Source: an uncultured virus (IMG/VR IMGVR_UViG_3300037519_000101)
Lineage: Duplodnaviria; Heunggongvirae; Uroviricota; Caudoviricetes
Virus record (IMG/VR): IMGVR_UViG_3300037519_000101
Strand: one strand, 5' to 3'
Length of the DNA stretch: 58,048 nucleotides
Shown here: positions 20,858 to 29,678 of the stretch, in pieces
Position numbering within the stretch: position 1 is the first letter of the stretch
How the letters are laid out: each line of letters starts with the position of its first letter
Notes under the pieces: model-generated
Databases searched by the model: none
What the model was told of the DNA's origin: nothing
Seen by the model: only the letters and a program-made list of their open reading frames with translations
Program-made: the position numbers and the translations under genes

Positions 20858-22423
20858 TTATTGACTTATACAATTTCCACAGCCGCATTCTGCAGGTGCG
20901 CAGCAAGACAATGCTTGAGTGCAATTAAAGTCAGGATCATTTAAAGCTTGCAAATCAATTACTTCTTTATTAACTATTAATCTTTCATCATCATCAGGAC
21001 AACAATTACTTATACCATATCTTTGTTGTAAAACTTGTCTATATAATACCTCCGCTGTTTGACAAGTTATTTTTTCAAATCTATCAGGATCACAATTTGG
21101 AGTAGTGTATCCTGGTCTCATCATTCTACCAGTAATATCAACAGGACATATTTTATTTAAAATGTCATTAGGATCCTCAACACACTCACCATATTCAGTT
21201 ACTATATCTGTGTTAAGATGAATAAGTATCCATTGATTAACACAACGCTTAGCACTAGTTGCACCAGGAGCTAATGTAAAAGTTTGCTCTACATCTGAAC
21301 AATCCTTATAAGTATAAGTTAATGGTTCACTTGTTGTATTTTTAACTTTAGTACATGTACATCCAACAACTTCTAAACATGTTGGACAATCATCATATTG
21401 TTGAGTAACAGATACTCCTACAGCATTTTCATAATCTGGAGTAGGAGAAGTTTGTACTGACCAACAACTTGGGTATCCGGCTAACTTTAAAATGTCAGAC
21501 CCATAAGAAGTCATATCAGTAAATGTTGTTATTGGAGCTAAATCACCTGCACAATCATAGAGTATAAAATATGCTCTTGAACATTGTTCACATGAATCAT
21601 ATGCATTTTCAACAACAAAGGTTTGTGTATTAGGAGGTCTAAAATCTATTTCTTCTACAAACCAACAATCTCCACAATCTAAAGAAACTATTTTCCCAAC
21701 ATACTGAGATAAATCTTCTTCAGAATAATTTACTAATGATAAGTTTTCACAATTAGTAAGAGTGTAAGCTACAATAGGCAAACATGTTTCACAAGAACTA
21801 TATATAAGATTTATACTTACATCTTGAAAACAGTCACATTCAACACCCAAGTCTATAGTCCAGCAACCATCCAGTTCATTTAAACTAATTGTGCTACCAT
21901 TTGCATATGCTGGAAATAAACTTTGATTGTTTGAATTAATAATCTGACCTGTTGCACAATTAGTTAACTCATAACATGAAATATTACAACCACCAACTGT
22001 TTCACAACCTTCACTAATAACATTAATTAGTGGGTTTTGTATTGAAACATATGGTTTTGTTTTAGTACATATATTAGCTGGCAAAGATGTAGTAGTTTCA
22101 ACATCATTATAGTTAATATATCTTACAGTACCAATTCCACCACCTATAGTAATACAAGAAGCTATACATGGATCACAACTTGCACCATCATAAGTAAGGC
22201 CATTATTTATAACTGCAAATGTAGGAGGTGTTCCTGAAAATAATTTTACAGTAAAGCAACCTAAATTTTCAAGAAAAATATTATCATATACTTCAATTGT
22301 AGTATTCAAATATGCATTGAATAAAATTGCTTGTGTAAAAATTACAGGTTGGTTTGAATCATAGCAAGGATATAAAATATACCATTGATTTCCTGTCACA
22401 GATGTAAAACTTTCTTGTGCCAT
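20858..22423 (-). CDS. Cys-rich repeat protein (four YxLxxC...CW...YxxCxxC modules), putative tail hub/fibre-associated
   Basis: Repeated ~65-75 aa modules; C-terminal RYGISNCC motif. Confidence 0.6.
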   Translation of the reverse strand: MAQESFTSVTGNQWYILYPCYDSNQPVIFTQAILFNAYLNTTIEVYDNIFLENLGCFTVKLFSGTPPTFAVINNGLTYDGASCDPCIASCITIGGGIGTVRYINYNDVETTTSLPANICTKTKPYVSIQNPLINVISEGCETVGGCNISCYELTNCATGQIINSNNQSLFPAYANGSTISLNELDGCWTIDLGVECDCFQDVSINLIYSSCETCLPIVAYTLTNCENLSLVNYSEEDLSQYVGKIVSLDCGDCWFVEEIDFRPPNTQTFVVENAYDSCEQCSRAYFILYDCAGDLAPITTFTDMTSYGSDILKLAGYPSCWSVQTSPTPDYENAVGVSVTQQYDDCPTCLEVVGCTCTKVKNTTSEPLTYTYKDCSDVEQTFTLAPGATSAKRCVNQWILIHLNTDIVTEYGECVEDPNDILNKICPVDITGRMMRPGYTTPNCDPDRFEKITCQTAEVLYRQVLQQRYGISNCCPDDDERLIVNKEVIDLQALNDPDFNCTQALSCCAPAECGCGNCISQ

Positions 22424-22430
22424 GTTTTAT

Positions 22431-22625
22431 TTATTTATTTGCTGTGTATCTATCAGCACCCCAAACATTTTTGTTTACTGTTGGTGCTGTAGGGACTATT
22501 TGTTTTTTATCTTGTAATCCTTTTTCATAAAAGGCTAAACAACTTGAACAACAAGATGTTCCATTACTTGCTCTTCTCTTTTGACATCCGCAAGACATTT
22601 TTGCATTACAATTACTACAATTCAT
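22431..22625 (-). CDS. Small Cys-rich metal-binding protein (64 aa; start revised to 22625)
   Basis: MNCSNCNAKMSCGCQKRRASNGTSCCSSC; A-rich leader AAAACCAACAAAA precedes this ATG. Confidence 0.6.
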   Translation of the reverse strand: MNCSNCNAKMSCGCQKRRASNGTSCCSSCLAFYEKGLQDKKQIVPTAPTVNKNVWGADRYTANK

Positions 22626-22644
22626 TTTTGTTGGTTTTAAAGGT

Positions 22645-23214
22645 TTAACAATTATTACATTCAAATTTATTCAAAAGTTTTAATGCATAGTTATATAAAC
22701 TCATTCCTTTTTGTGGTTCATGACAAAATTCTACTTTTGACTTAGCAGATTCTAAATACATTTTTATTAATCTAAGTCTTTCAAGTTTTGCTTTTATCTT
22801 AGCTGGAGGATCACATGCAGCTAAATCAACATTACATAAAACTTTATAATATTTATTCAATGCTTGAGAAATTCTCAAATAATTATATTCTACAAATAGT
22901 AAATTGTTTGGTGAAACACTGTATCTAATTGCATAAATACCATCTGGTATATTTGCTAATATAGTATCACAATTTTCTTTTTGTAATCCAAGATCACATG
23001 CTGTTAAATTGATATGTCCACCCTCAACAAAATTTATCATCTTGTCACCAATAATTTCAGTTGAGTAACCAAAACCAGGAACTGTAATTGTTAGTGTAGG
23101 ACATATAATAGGAATATTAGGTGATGTAGTTTGATACACACTAGTATCAAAAATTTTCATCACACAGGTATTTAATACCGTAGGTATATCTAAACTTAAT
23201 ATATGATTTGCCAT
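22645..23214 (-). CDS. Virion structural protein (tail hub-like)
   Basis: IPDGIYAIRYSVSP motif; follows the auxiliary-capsid-like gene as in crAss-like gene order. Confidence 0.5.
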   Translation of the reverse strand: MANHILSLDIPTVLNTCVMKIFDTSVYQTTSPNIPIICPTLTITVPGFGYSTEIIGDKMINFVEGGHINLTACDLGLQKENCDTILANIPDGIYAIRYSVSPNNLLFVEYNYLRISQALNKYYKVLCNVDLAACDPPAKIKAKLERLRLIKMYLESAKSKVEFCHEPQKGMSLYNYALKLLNKFECNNC

Positions 23215-23222
23215 AGTTCCTT

Positions 23223-23267
23223 AAAATAAAAAAGGAGAGAAGAGTTTGAAACTCTCACTCTCCTTTT
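23223..23267 (-). terminator. Rho-independent terminator
   Basis: AAAAGGAGAG-TG-AGAGT-TTCAA-ACTCT-T-CTCTCCTTTT followed by a T tract. Confidence 0.75.
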
Positions 23268-23298
23268 AAAGTTATTATTTTTTTTTCTATTAGATTGT

Positions 23299-24876
23299 CT
23301 AAGGAATATCTACAACTGGTGTACAGTCTGAACCACATTCAAATGTTTCTAAACCACCACAGTTATTTCCACAAGCATTTAACCATGTGTCAACAAATAG
23401 TGTGAAAGCTTGTCCTTGTCCACCATCAGTTGGATTTACATTATCTGCTACAATAATTTCTAATAAGTATTGATCACTGTCAAAAGTACTAGAGGCATTG
23501 TTGAAACGTGGAACATGATGTTGGATATAAAATCTGTTGTAAGACAAACCTCTATCAATAACATTTAACATTTCGTTTCCTTGAGTAATCTCACGGATAC
23601 GGAAGTCAGAATGGAAGAAGTTTTGTCTGTATCTTTCTGAAAGAATTACATCTCTCAATACAGTTTCACCTAAACCATTTGCTTGTCTTCCTTGACACTC
23701 AGTAACTATACACAATCCTTGGAATGCACATGGGTCACCATTTAAGTCAGTTTCAGAAGCATACAATCTTACTGGTTCTTTTTCATAGAAATCAGAAACT
23801 TGGAATGTACAATCACCAAATTTAGTATCTACGTAAGCACCAAATAAAACCATACCTGCATATTGACCAACTGTATGTCCTGCAGATACATAGTTATTCC
23901 AAGTACCACCTAATGTGTAACCTGCAGGAATTGATAAACCTGCTGTGTTTGTTCCTGGTTTGTACCAAATTGTATTATTTTCAGCAATAACTACTGGATA
24001 AACAAATGGAGAAATTAATGGAGAGTCAACAATTTGTTGAGCCCATTTGATATATACTTCAGTACCATCTACTGCAGTTGGAACAATTGATCCTTCTGGA
24101 CAACATCCTGTGTAAGCAGTTAATGTCAAGTAAGCATTGTGATTTAAGAATCTTAATGCTGGAGAACCTTTAATATCTAAACGTAAATTATAAGTTTCAC
24201 CACATAAGAAATCTTTTTTACAAGCTTCTTTAGCACCAGCTGTTTCAACAGTTAATGTAACCTCTGTAATACCACTTCCGTTATCAAGTAATTGACCAGC
24301 AATTGAAGTTAATGAATCACTTGCTGCATATCCTGTACCACCATTAACAATTTCTACTACAGTAGCGACACCACCAACAACAGTAACTTTAGCAATAAAT
24401 CCAGAACCTGAACCACCTGAGAATTCAACTTCATTATAAATACCATCTACAATGTTGTTACCATCATTACTGATTGTAAGTGTTAACACTTGATCATCTG
24501 TAAATGGAGTATATCCAACATGAAGAACATTTTGTGAAGCAGGACATGCAGGAGCAAAATAAAATTTGCTTACATATTTTGGGTTGATTTCTTTAGATTT
24601 ATTAGACTCTAAATATCCACCGTGAAAAGGTCCAATTTTATCTTTTGAAAATAAAGAACCTGATGCCAAAATTAATGGGCAACATCCTGTACCAGTAAAA
24701 GAAGTTGGTTGAACCAACCAAGTTTTAGGATTAACAAAAGCATACTGTCCAGCTGCTAAAATGTTTCCTGTAGTTCCTAATACACCTTGATTTAACGCGG
24801 TGTAACCTTGTGTACCTGGAGATAAAGCGTTAACTCCTACAAAGGCTTTTTGAAAAGCATGATTAAAATAACTCAT
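23299..24876 (-). CDS. Auxiliary capsid protein-like structural protein with an inserted Gly-rich beta domain
   Basis: Own promoter motif (24912) and terminator; position after ring gene; SKEINPKYVSKF and C-terminal HHVPRFNN..DQYLLEI. Confidence 0.55.
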   Translation of the reverse strand: MSYFNHAFQKAFVGVNALSPGTQGYTALNQGVLGTTGNILAAGQYAFVNPKTWLVQPTSFTGTGCCPLILASGSLFSKDKIGPFHGGYLESNKSKEINPKYVSKFYFAPACPASQNVLHVGYTPFTDDQVLTLTISNDGNNIVDGIYNEVEFSGGSGSGFIAKVTVVGGVATVVEIVNGGTGYAASDSLTSIAGQLLDNGSGITEVTLTVETAGAKEACKKDFLCGETYNLRLDIKGSPALRFLNHNAYLTLTAYTGCCPEGSIVPTAVDGTEVYIKWAQQIVDSPLISPFVYPVVIAENNTIWYKPGTNTAGLSIPAGYTLGGTWNNYVSAGHTVGQYAGMVLFGAYVDTKFGDCTFQVSDFYEKEPVRLYASETDLNGDPCAFQGLCIVTECQGRQANGLGETVLRDVILSERYRQNFFHSDFRIREITQGNEMLNVIDRGLSYNRFYIQHHVPRFNNASSTFDSDQYLLEIIVADNVNPTDGGQGQAFTLFVDTWLNACGNNCGGLETFECGSDCTPVVDIP

Positions 24877-24942
24877 TGTTTTTTGTTTTAATTAATAAAT
24901 AACACTAATTATAATATACTAAAAGATTTTATAATATCAAAA

Positions 24943-25395
24943 TTATTTCAAGAAAAGTAATTTATATTTTGCAGAATTCATAGTTGATTTGATTGTGTCA
25001 AGATCATTTACAATTTCTGAGTAAGGCATTTTATCTTGCAACTTACATACCATATTACACATATCTTTTAAATAATCAATACCGTCAGCAACAGTATTTA
25101 ATTTTCTAGGAGCAGCTTCTCCATAAGATAATAATTTTTCACTAGCACCTTGGAAACTTTCTGCTAAATCATCAGCATGTCCAGGTAAAGCATCATATAA
25201 CTCATTAAGAGCTTTGTGTGCAGCATAGGATCCAGCACCAGTTACTTTTAAATGTAACTTGTGGAAACTAGTTGCAGCATTCATTAATTCACTTACACAA
25301 GCTGCAGTAAGGGATTCTACATTGCCATTAGCTGGAGCAGTAGCATATTCACTACTTGCTTTACTTGCCTCTGGTCTCTTTAACATTCTTTGCAT
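24943..25395 (-). CDS. Dps/ferritin-like four-helix-bundle protein (DUF5856-like)
   Basis: FHKLHL..SYAAHKALNELYD..ADDLAESFQG ferroxidase-type pattern; C-terminal KYKL. Confidence 0.75.
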   Translation of the reverse strand: MQRMLKRPEASKASSEYATAPANGNVESLTAACVSELMNAATSFHKLHLKVTGAGSYAAHKALNELYDALPGHADDLAESFQGASEKLLSYGEAAPRKLNTVADGIDYLKDMCNMVCKLQDKMPYSEIVNDLDTIKSTMNSAKYKLLFLK

Positions 25396-25400
25396 ATCTA

Positions 25401-26099
25401 TTAGTTATTTCTTTCTGATGACTGAGAGTTTCTAGAGTATTGATTTGTTGATTCAATATCTCCTGCTATTATAGCTACAGCATCATCAATTATTAGTTCC
25501 ACTATATCATCTTTGAATTCACATAATACATCTGCTGTAGAAGCAGCTCCGGTGTATGGGTCTGAGCAGTTTAAAAACTGAACCTTTACAGGCTGTCTAT
25601 AATAAGTTAGTGATGCATTAGGAATTTCAAATTTATCATTGGTGTATATTTTAACACCATTATCCATTAGAGTAGCAAATGTTTCAGCCCACTCAAAACT
25701 AGGTTCTTTAGCCTTATCTCTTAAAAGTAAACTCAAGTCATCTTCTTCTGCAAGATATACTACCATCTTTCTCTTATCGCAGCATTCTTTATTAGCATAC
25801 ACATCTACTCTCTTCCACTGTAAATAGTTACCTGGTAAAGGTGATTCATAATAAAGATCTCTTTTTCCTAAAGTAAGATTTTCTAATACAAGTAATCTTT
25901 GAAGATCATCTTTTCTTCTGTTACTAGATTCATCTCCTTCTTTAAAAGCATTAGTTCCATGCAGCTGTCTTCTTACCCATTCTACCTGAGCTTTATTAAA
26001 TGCCTCAACTATTTGCCAACATTGAATGTTGTCATAGTCTTGAGAATCTAATTTATTCAGCCTTTGTTTTACTTTTATTTCAATAGTGCTATTTAACAT
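25401..26099 (-). CDS. Tail ring / head-tail adaptor protein
   Basis: RLNKLDSQ..FNKAQ..RKDDLQRL, PSFEW, LTYYRQP motifs; synteny. Confidence 0.65.
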   Translation of the reverse strand: MLNSTIEIKVKQRLNKLDSQDYDNIQCWQIVEAFNKAQVEWVRRQLHGTNAFKEGDESSNRRKDDLQRLLVLENLTLGKRDLYYESPLPGNYLQWKRVDVYANKECCDKRKMVVYLAEEDDLSLLLRDKAKEPSFEWAETFATLMDNGVKIYTNDKFEIPNASLTYYRQPVKVQFLNCSDPYTGAASTADVLCEFKDDIVELIIDDAVAIIAGDIESTNQYSRNSQSSERNN

Positions 26100-26101
26100 T
26101 A

Positions 26102-26593
26102 CTAGTCATTTAAAGTTCTTCTTGGGCGGTTGGCATATTTAATTCCTGCAGCTGCCGCAATTGTACCAATAACCACTGCTTGTTTAATTCTTTTTTTCTT
26201 TTGAGGACTCATTGGTTTTTTACCAGAAGTAGTTTTATTTGTTTTTTGTGAATTTAAATCATCCATCAATCTTTTTTCTTCTGATACTAATTTAGCTTTT
26301 TCAACTTTAGCTTTTTCAGCAACTACTCTTTGAGCAGCTTTAGTCTTTTCAGTTTTTATTCCAGATTTCACACCTCTAGCAAAACCTTTTCCAGCAGCTT
26401 TAACTCCTTCTTTTCCAGCTTTAGCAAAAGATACAGGACCCTTAATAGGTGTATTTCCAACAGCATTGTAATATGCTTTACCACCTCTAACAGTTGCTTT
26501 ACCAGCAACTTTACCAGTTGCTGCTATAGCACGAACCATAGGCTTAATAATTTTGCCCATCATTGCTTTTGGAAGTTCTTTTTTCTTTGCCAT
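26102..26593 (-). CDS. Lys/Ala-rich basic protein with C-terminal hydrophobic segment
   Basis: LPKAMMG tag; AVVIGTIAAAAGI. Confidence 0.6.
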   Translation of the reverse strand: MAKKKELPKAMMGKIIKPMVRAIAATGKVAGKATVRGGKAYYNAVGNTPIKGPVSFAKAGKEGVKAAGKGFARGVKSGIKTEKTKAAQRVVAEKAKVEKAKLVSEEKRLMDDLNSQKTNKTTSGKKPMSPQKKKRIKQAVVIGTIAAAAGIKYANRPRRTLND

Positions 26594-26595
26594 AA

Positions 26596-26742
26596 TTATT
26601 TCTTTTTAGCTATTTTTTTCAGTGTTTTAGCCAAAGCTTTTCTCTTTGGTGTACAAGTAGGTTTAGAAATTGGAGTGCAAAAACCCTTATGTTTAGGGTT
26701 AACCGCTTTTTGTATCCAATTTTTATCCTTCTTCTCAGCCAT
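26596..26742 (-). CDS. Small basic protein, 48 aa (not in ORF track)
   Basis: MAEKKDKNWIQKAVNPKHKGFCTPISKPTCTPKRKALAKTLKKIAKKK; fills the gap with 2-nt spacers. Confidence 0.7.
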   Translation of the reverse strand: MAEKKDKNWIQKAVNPKHKGFCTPISKPTCTPKRKALAKTLKKIAKKK

Positions 26743-26744
26743 TA

Positions 26745-27140
26745 TTAACAGTTCTTTTTAGTTGCACCACCCATTTTTTTCTTGCTCATTTTTGCACCAG
26801 CAATTCTATCAGCAGCAGTAGCTCTAGGGTTTTTATCTACACCAGCTTTAACAGATAGCATACCAAATGTAGAACCACCTTTTTTAAAGCTAGGTGTTTC
26901 TCTAGTACCACATCTACCATCAGGCATTCTAACTGTACCTGGAGGACATGAATGTTTAACAGCAGTTACTTTAGAACCACCTTTCTTCATAGACTCCATA
27001 CCTTGCATATTAGGTCCTGTAGCGCCAGCATTAGGAATCCCAAATATTAATCCTTTTGGTGAAGCAGATCCTACTGTTGTTTTCATTGTAGACCCACCTT
27101 TTTGCATCTTAGCACCACCACATTTCATACACTTTGCCAT
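26745..27140 (-). CDS. Small basic protein with five xxxGG motifs
   Basis: MKCGG, MQKGG, MKKGG, FKKGG, KKMGG. Confidence 0.7.
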   Translation of the reverse strand: MAKCMKCGGAKMQKGGSTMKTTVGSASPKGLIFGIPNAGATGPNMQGMESMKKGGSKVTAVKHSCPPGTVRMPDGRCGTRETPSFKKGGSTFGMLSVKAGVDKNPRATAADRIAGAKMSKKKMGGATKKNC

Positions 27141-27152
27141 CTTATATAAGTT

Positions 27153-27683
27153 TTAACAATTCCATTTTCTTAGAGAAAGAGCTTTTCTAGTAGGTCTTCC
27201 TTTTTCATCTTTCATAGGTCCAGGCATTCCTGACATTCTAGCACAAAAGCTTTTTCTTCTCTTAGCATCTTTACTATCTGGATCAAGCTTTGATGGCTTA
27301 GTAGTCACAGCCATTTTTAATTTGCTTCCTGGATTTTCTTTTCTGTAGGAAGCAACTCCTTTAGCATTAAGACCACCTGTCTTATTCTTACCTTCTTTTC
27401 TAGTCCAAGCTGCCGTAGACCCACCAGTTTTCATTTTAGATAAACCTTTTCCCTGATAGTTGTAATCAGGATTATCTTTATGCCATTTCTTTGTAGCTGC
27501 TACACCCTGAGCTACTGTTTTTGCTCTTCCTTTTGCAGTAAGATCTATTGTATCCCACTGACCTTTATCTTTGGTAGGATGGTTAACCATTATATTACCA
27601 ACCTTTCCTTCACCTTTTTTTGTAGTTTTTTTATATACTACATGTTTTTCACCATCTGCAGTAACTTTTACCTTAGCTGCCAT
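27153..27683 (-). CDS. Basic protein with C-terminal DUF6321-like domain
   Basis: AWTRKEGKNKTGGLNAKG..RRKSFCARM..LRKWNC, joined to an N-terminal domain through MKTGG. Confidence 0.7.
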   Translation of the reverse strand: MAAKVKVTADGEKHVVYKKTTKKGEGKVGNIMVNHPTKDKGQWDTIDLTAKGRAKTVAQGVAATKKWHKDNPDYNYQGKGLSKMKTGGSTAAWTRKEGKNKTGGLNAKGVASYRKENPGSKLKMAVTTKPSKLDPDSKDAKRRKSFCARMSGMPGPMKDEKGRPTRKALSLRKWNC

Positions 27684-27685
27684 GA

Positions 27686-27838
27686 CTATTTCTTTTTTGT
27701 TGTTGCCTTAATCTTCTTCTCTTGTTTCAGCATTGCTGCTGTAGGTTTCTTTCCAGAACCTTTAGCATCACGGATGTTATCCCAGAGACCTCTCTGGGAA
27801 ACACTACCGTCTTTTCTTTTTAGCATTTGCTTTGCCAT
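27686..27838 (-). CDS. Small basic protein, 50 aa (not in ORF track)
   Basis: MAKQMLKRKDGSVSQRGLWDNIRDAKGSGKKPTAAMLKQEKKIKATTKKK; TAATG overlap with upstream stop. Confidence 0.7.
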   Translation of the reverse strand: MAKQMLKRKDGSVSQRGLWDNIRDAKGSGKKPTAAMLKQEKKIKATTKKK

Positions 27839-28080
27839 TATTTTCTTTTTAAAGTTCTAACTGGTCTTGCTACAGTTTTTGCTGCTGGAGCTTTACCTGA
27901 AGTAACAATTCCTCCTAGTGCTTTAATTTGTTCTTGTGCATGCTTTGCAACATGCATCATCATTTTAGGATCTTTTCTGATTTCATCAGCTCTTTTCAAA
28001 GTACTTAAAGCAGATTCAATCTCCCATCTGTCCATTTCTTTCTTTGCCGGGGAAGCAATTGGTTTACTTACTTTAGCCAT
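27838..28080 (-). CDS. Small basic protein
   Basis: RWEIESALSTLKRADEIRKDPKMM. Confidence 0.7.
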   Translation of the reverse strand: MAKVSKPIASPAKKEMDRWEIESALSTLKRADEIRKDPKMMMHVAKHAQEQIKALGGIVTSGKAPAAKTVARPVRTLKRK

Positions 28081-28082
28081 GA

Positions 28083-28364
28083 CTATTTCTTTTTAAATAA
28101 TTTTTTAAAAAAAGATTTAATTTTAGTAGACAATGATACTGACTCAACAACTTTTTCTTCAACTTCTTTAACTAATTCTTCTAAAGATTCTTTGTGTTCA
28201 GAAATAATTTTAGTTGTTTCATATACAGCATTCTCAACTACTGGTAATACTTCTTCAACAATTGCTTCAACTTTCTTAACTACTTTTTTTACAACTTTTT
28301 TTCTTGGAGCTCTTGGAGTCTTTACTTTCTCAACAACAGCTACTTCTACTTTTTTCTTTGCCAT
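28083..28364 (-). CDS. Small Lys/Glu/Val-rich protein
   Basis: Tightly packed ORF with amphipathic C-terminus. Confidence 0.65.
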   Translation of the reverse strand: MAKKKVEVAVVEKVKTPRAPRKKVVKKVVKKVEAIVEEVLPVVENAVYETTKIISEHKESLEELVKEVEEKVVESVSLSTKIKSFFKKLFKKK

Positions 28365-28373
28365 AATATTAAA

Positions 28374-28407
28374 ATAAAATTAAGCAGTACCCTATCTAGG
28401 TACTGCT
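28374..28407 (-). terminator. Terminator-like hairpin overlapping a stop codon
   Basis: AGCAGTACC-TAGATAG-GGTACTGCT then TAATTTTATTTT. Confidence 0.55.
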
Positions 28408-28568
28408 GTTTTAGGAGCTTTGGATGTTCCACCCACTCTTCCTTTTGCTACTTTTTGTACGGTTGCTTTTGGATTAACTCCAGATTTAACACCTTTACTT
28501 CCAGCAACTTTAGAAGCTGTAACTTTTGCATTTGGGTTATTCATTTTCCCAGTTGTGTAATTTGCCAT
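28392..28568 (-). CDS. Small basic protein, 58 aa (not in ORF track)
   Basis: MANYTTGKMNNPNAKVTASKVAGSKGVKSGVNPKATVQKVAKGRVGGTSKAPKTAVPR; A-rich leader. Confidence 0.7.
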   Translation of the reverse strand: MANYTTGKMNNPNAKVTASKVAGSKGVKSGVNPKATVQKVAKGRVGGTSKAPKTAVPR

Positions 28569-28580
28569 TTTATTTTATTT

Positions 28581-29597
28581 TTAAGAGTTCCAATATTTTT
28601 CACAAGCCATGTTCAAGTCTTTTAAAATATCCTCATTTAAAGGATTTTTTAAGTGCTCTAATACATCAGAAACATTCCTACCTAACAATGCATTAGTTTT
28701 GGTATGATAGATATAACCATCGGCCTTATTAACAATATACTTAAAAAATACGGAATCTCTAACAATTGATTTAATTTTTAATGTTTCCATATCTAAAGTA
28801 GCTACTTCCATAAATGTTTTAGCAGCTCTTTCTTTGTTGCTTTCACCACCTAAACCAGAAATGTAGTTATCCATATTTTCATAGATTACATCATTTGGTG
28901 TAGATTTTCTATATTGTGTACTGTTAATATCTACAACTTTTGCAATGTAGAATAACTTAGTACTGTTTTTGTCAAATAATTTTTGTAGTTCAGATAGAGC
29001 TTTGTTACGTAATTTTTTGTACTCTGTTCTTACCATTACAGTTTCCTCTTCTTTGTCTAAGTAAAACTTTGGTGGAACAGCTTTTGCTCTTGCATCTTCT
29101 AAACTTTTTGAAACTAATGAGAATCCCCCAGCTTCAATTGCATATAATTTAATTCTGTCATACGGATCCTTTGGATCTAAGAACAAAGGTTCATTACCAC
29201 ATGAAATAGAAATTCTATTCCAGAATTCAGAATTGTTTGGTCTTAGTAAAGTTACTTTAGCCCAAAATTCTTTATCATCAACATCAATAACATTAGCTGC
29301 TAGTTCTTGTTCTAACTCTGCAACTGCTGCTCTAATCTCTCTTACTCTAGCTTCTTTCTCTGCTGTAGGAAGTAATTTGATTTCTGGAGCAAACTCATTT
29401 AATCCAGTTACATATCTTACTACACCATTGTTATCTAAACAAGCTAGTTGTTCATTATGTGTTACCCCATCAAATAAGCTCATACCATAGTCTTCTAATC
29501 CCATGTTAGAAGCAGAGTTATCAAAGTAAGGTCTTACAGCAATAGCTGTTTTTTTAACTGAGCCTTTTCCGGTCTCAACCATTGTGAAATTTTCCAT
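28581..29597 (-). CDS. Conserved virion protein after the capsid gene (portal-vertex auxiliary protein-like)
   Basis: PNNSEFW..LFLDPKDPYD; synteny with crAss-like capsid module. Confidence 0.6.
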   Translation of the reverse strand: MENFTMVETGKGSVKKTAIAVRPYFDNSASNMGLEDYGMSLFDGVTHNEQLACLDNNGVVRYVTGLNEFAPEIKLLPTAEKEARVREIRAAVAELEQELAANVIDVDDKEFWAKVTLLRPNNSEFWNRISISCGNEPLFLDPKDPYDRIKLYAIEAGGFSLVSKSLEDARAKAVPPKFYLDKEEETVMVRTEYKKLRNKALSELQKLFDKNSTKLFYIAKVVDINSTQYRKSTPNDVIYENMDNYISGLGGESNKERAAKTFMEVATLDMETLKIKSIVRDSVFFKYIVNKADGYIYHTKTNALLGRNVSDVLEHLKNPLNEDILKDLNMACEKYWNS

Positions 29598-29631
29598 TGT
29601 TTTGTTGGTTTTTGTTTGTGTAAAATTAATT

Positions 29632-29668
29632 AAAAAAATAGGTAGAGGAAATTAATCCCCTACCTATT
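29632..29668 (-). terminator. Rho-independent terminator after the capsid gene
   Basis: AATAGGTAGGGGA-TTAATT-TCCTCTACCTATT followed by a T tract. Confidence 0.8.
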
Positions 29669-29678
29669 CTAGGTATTA

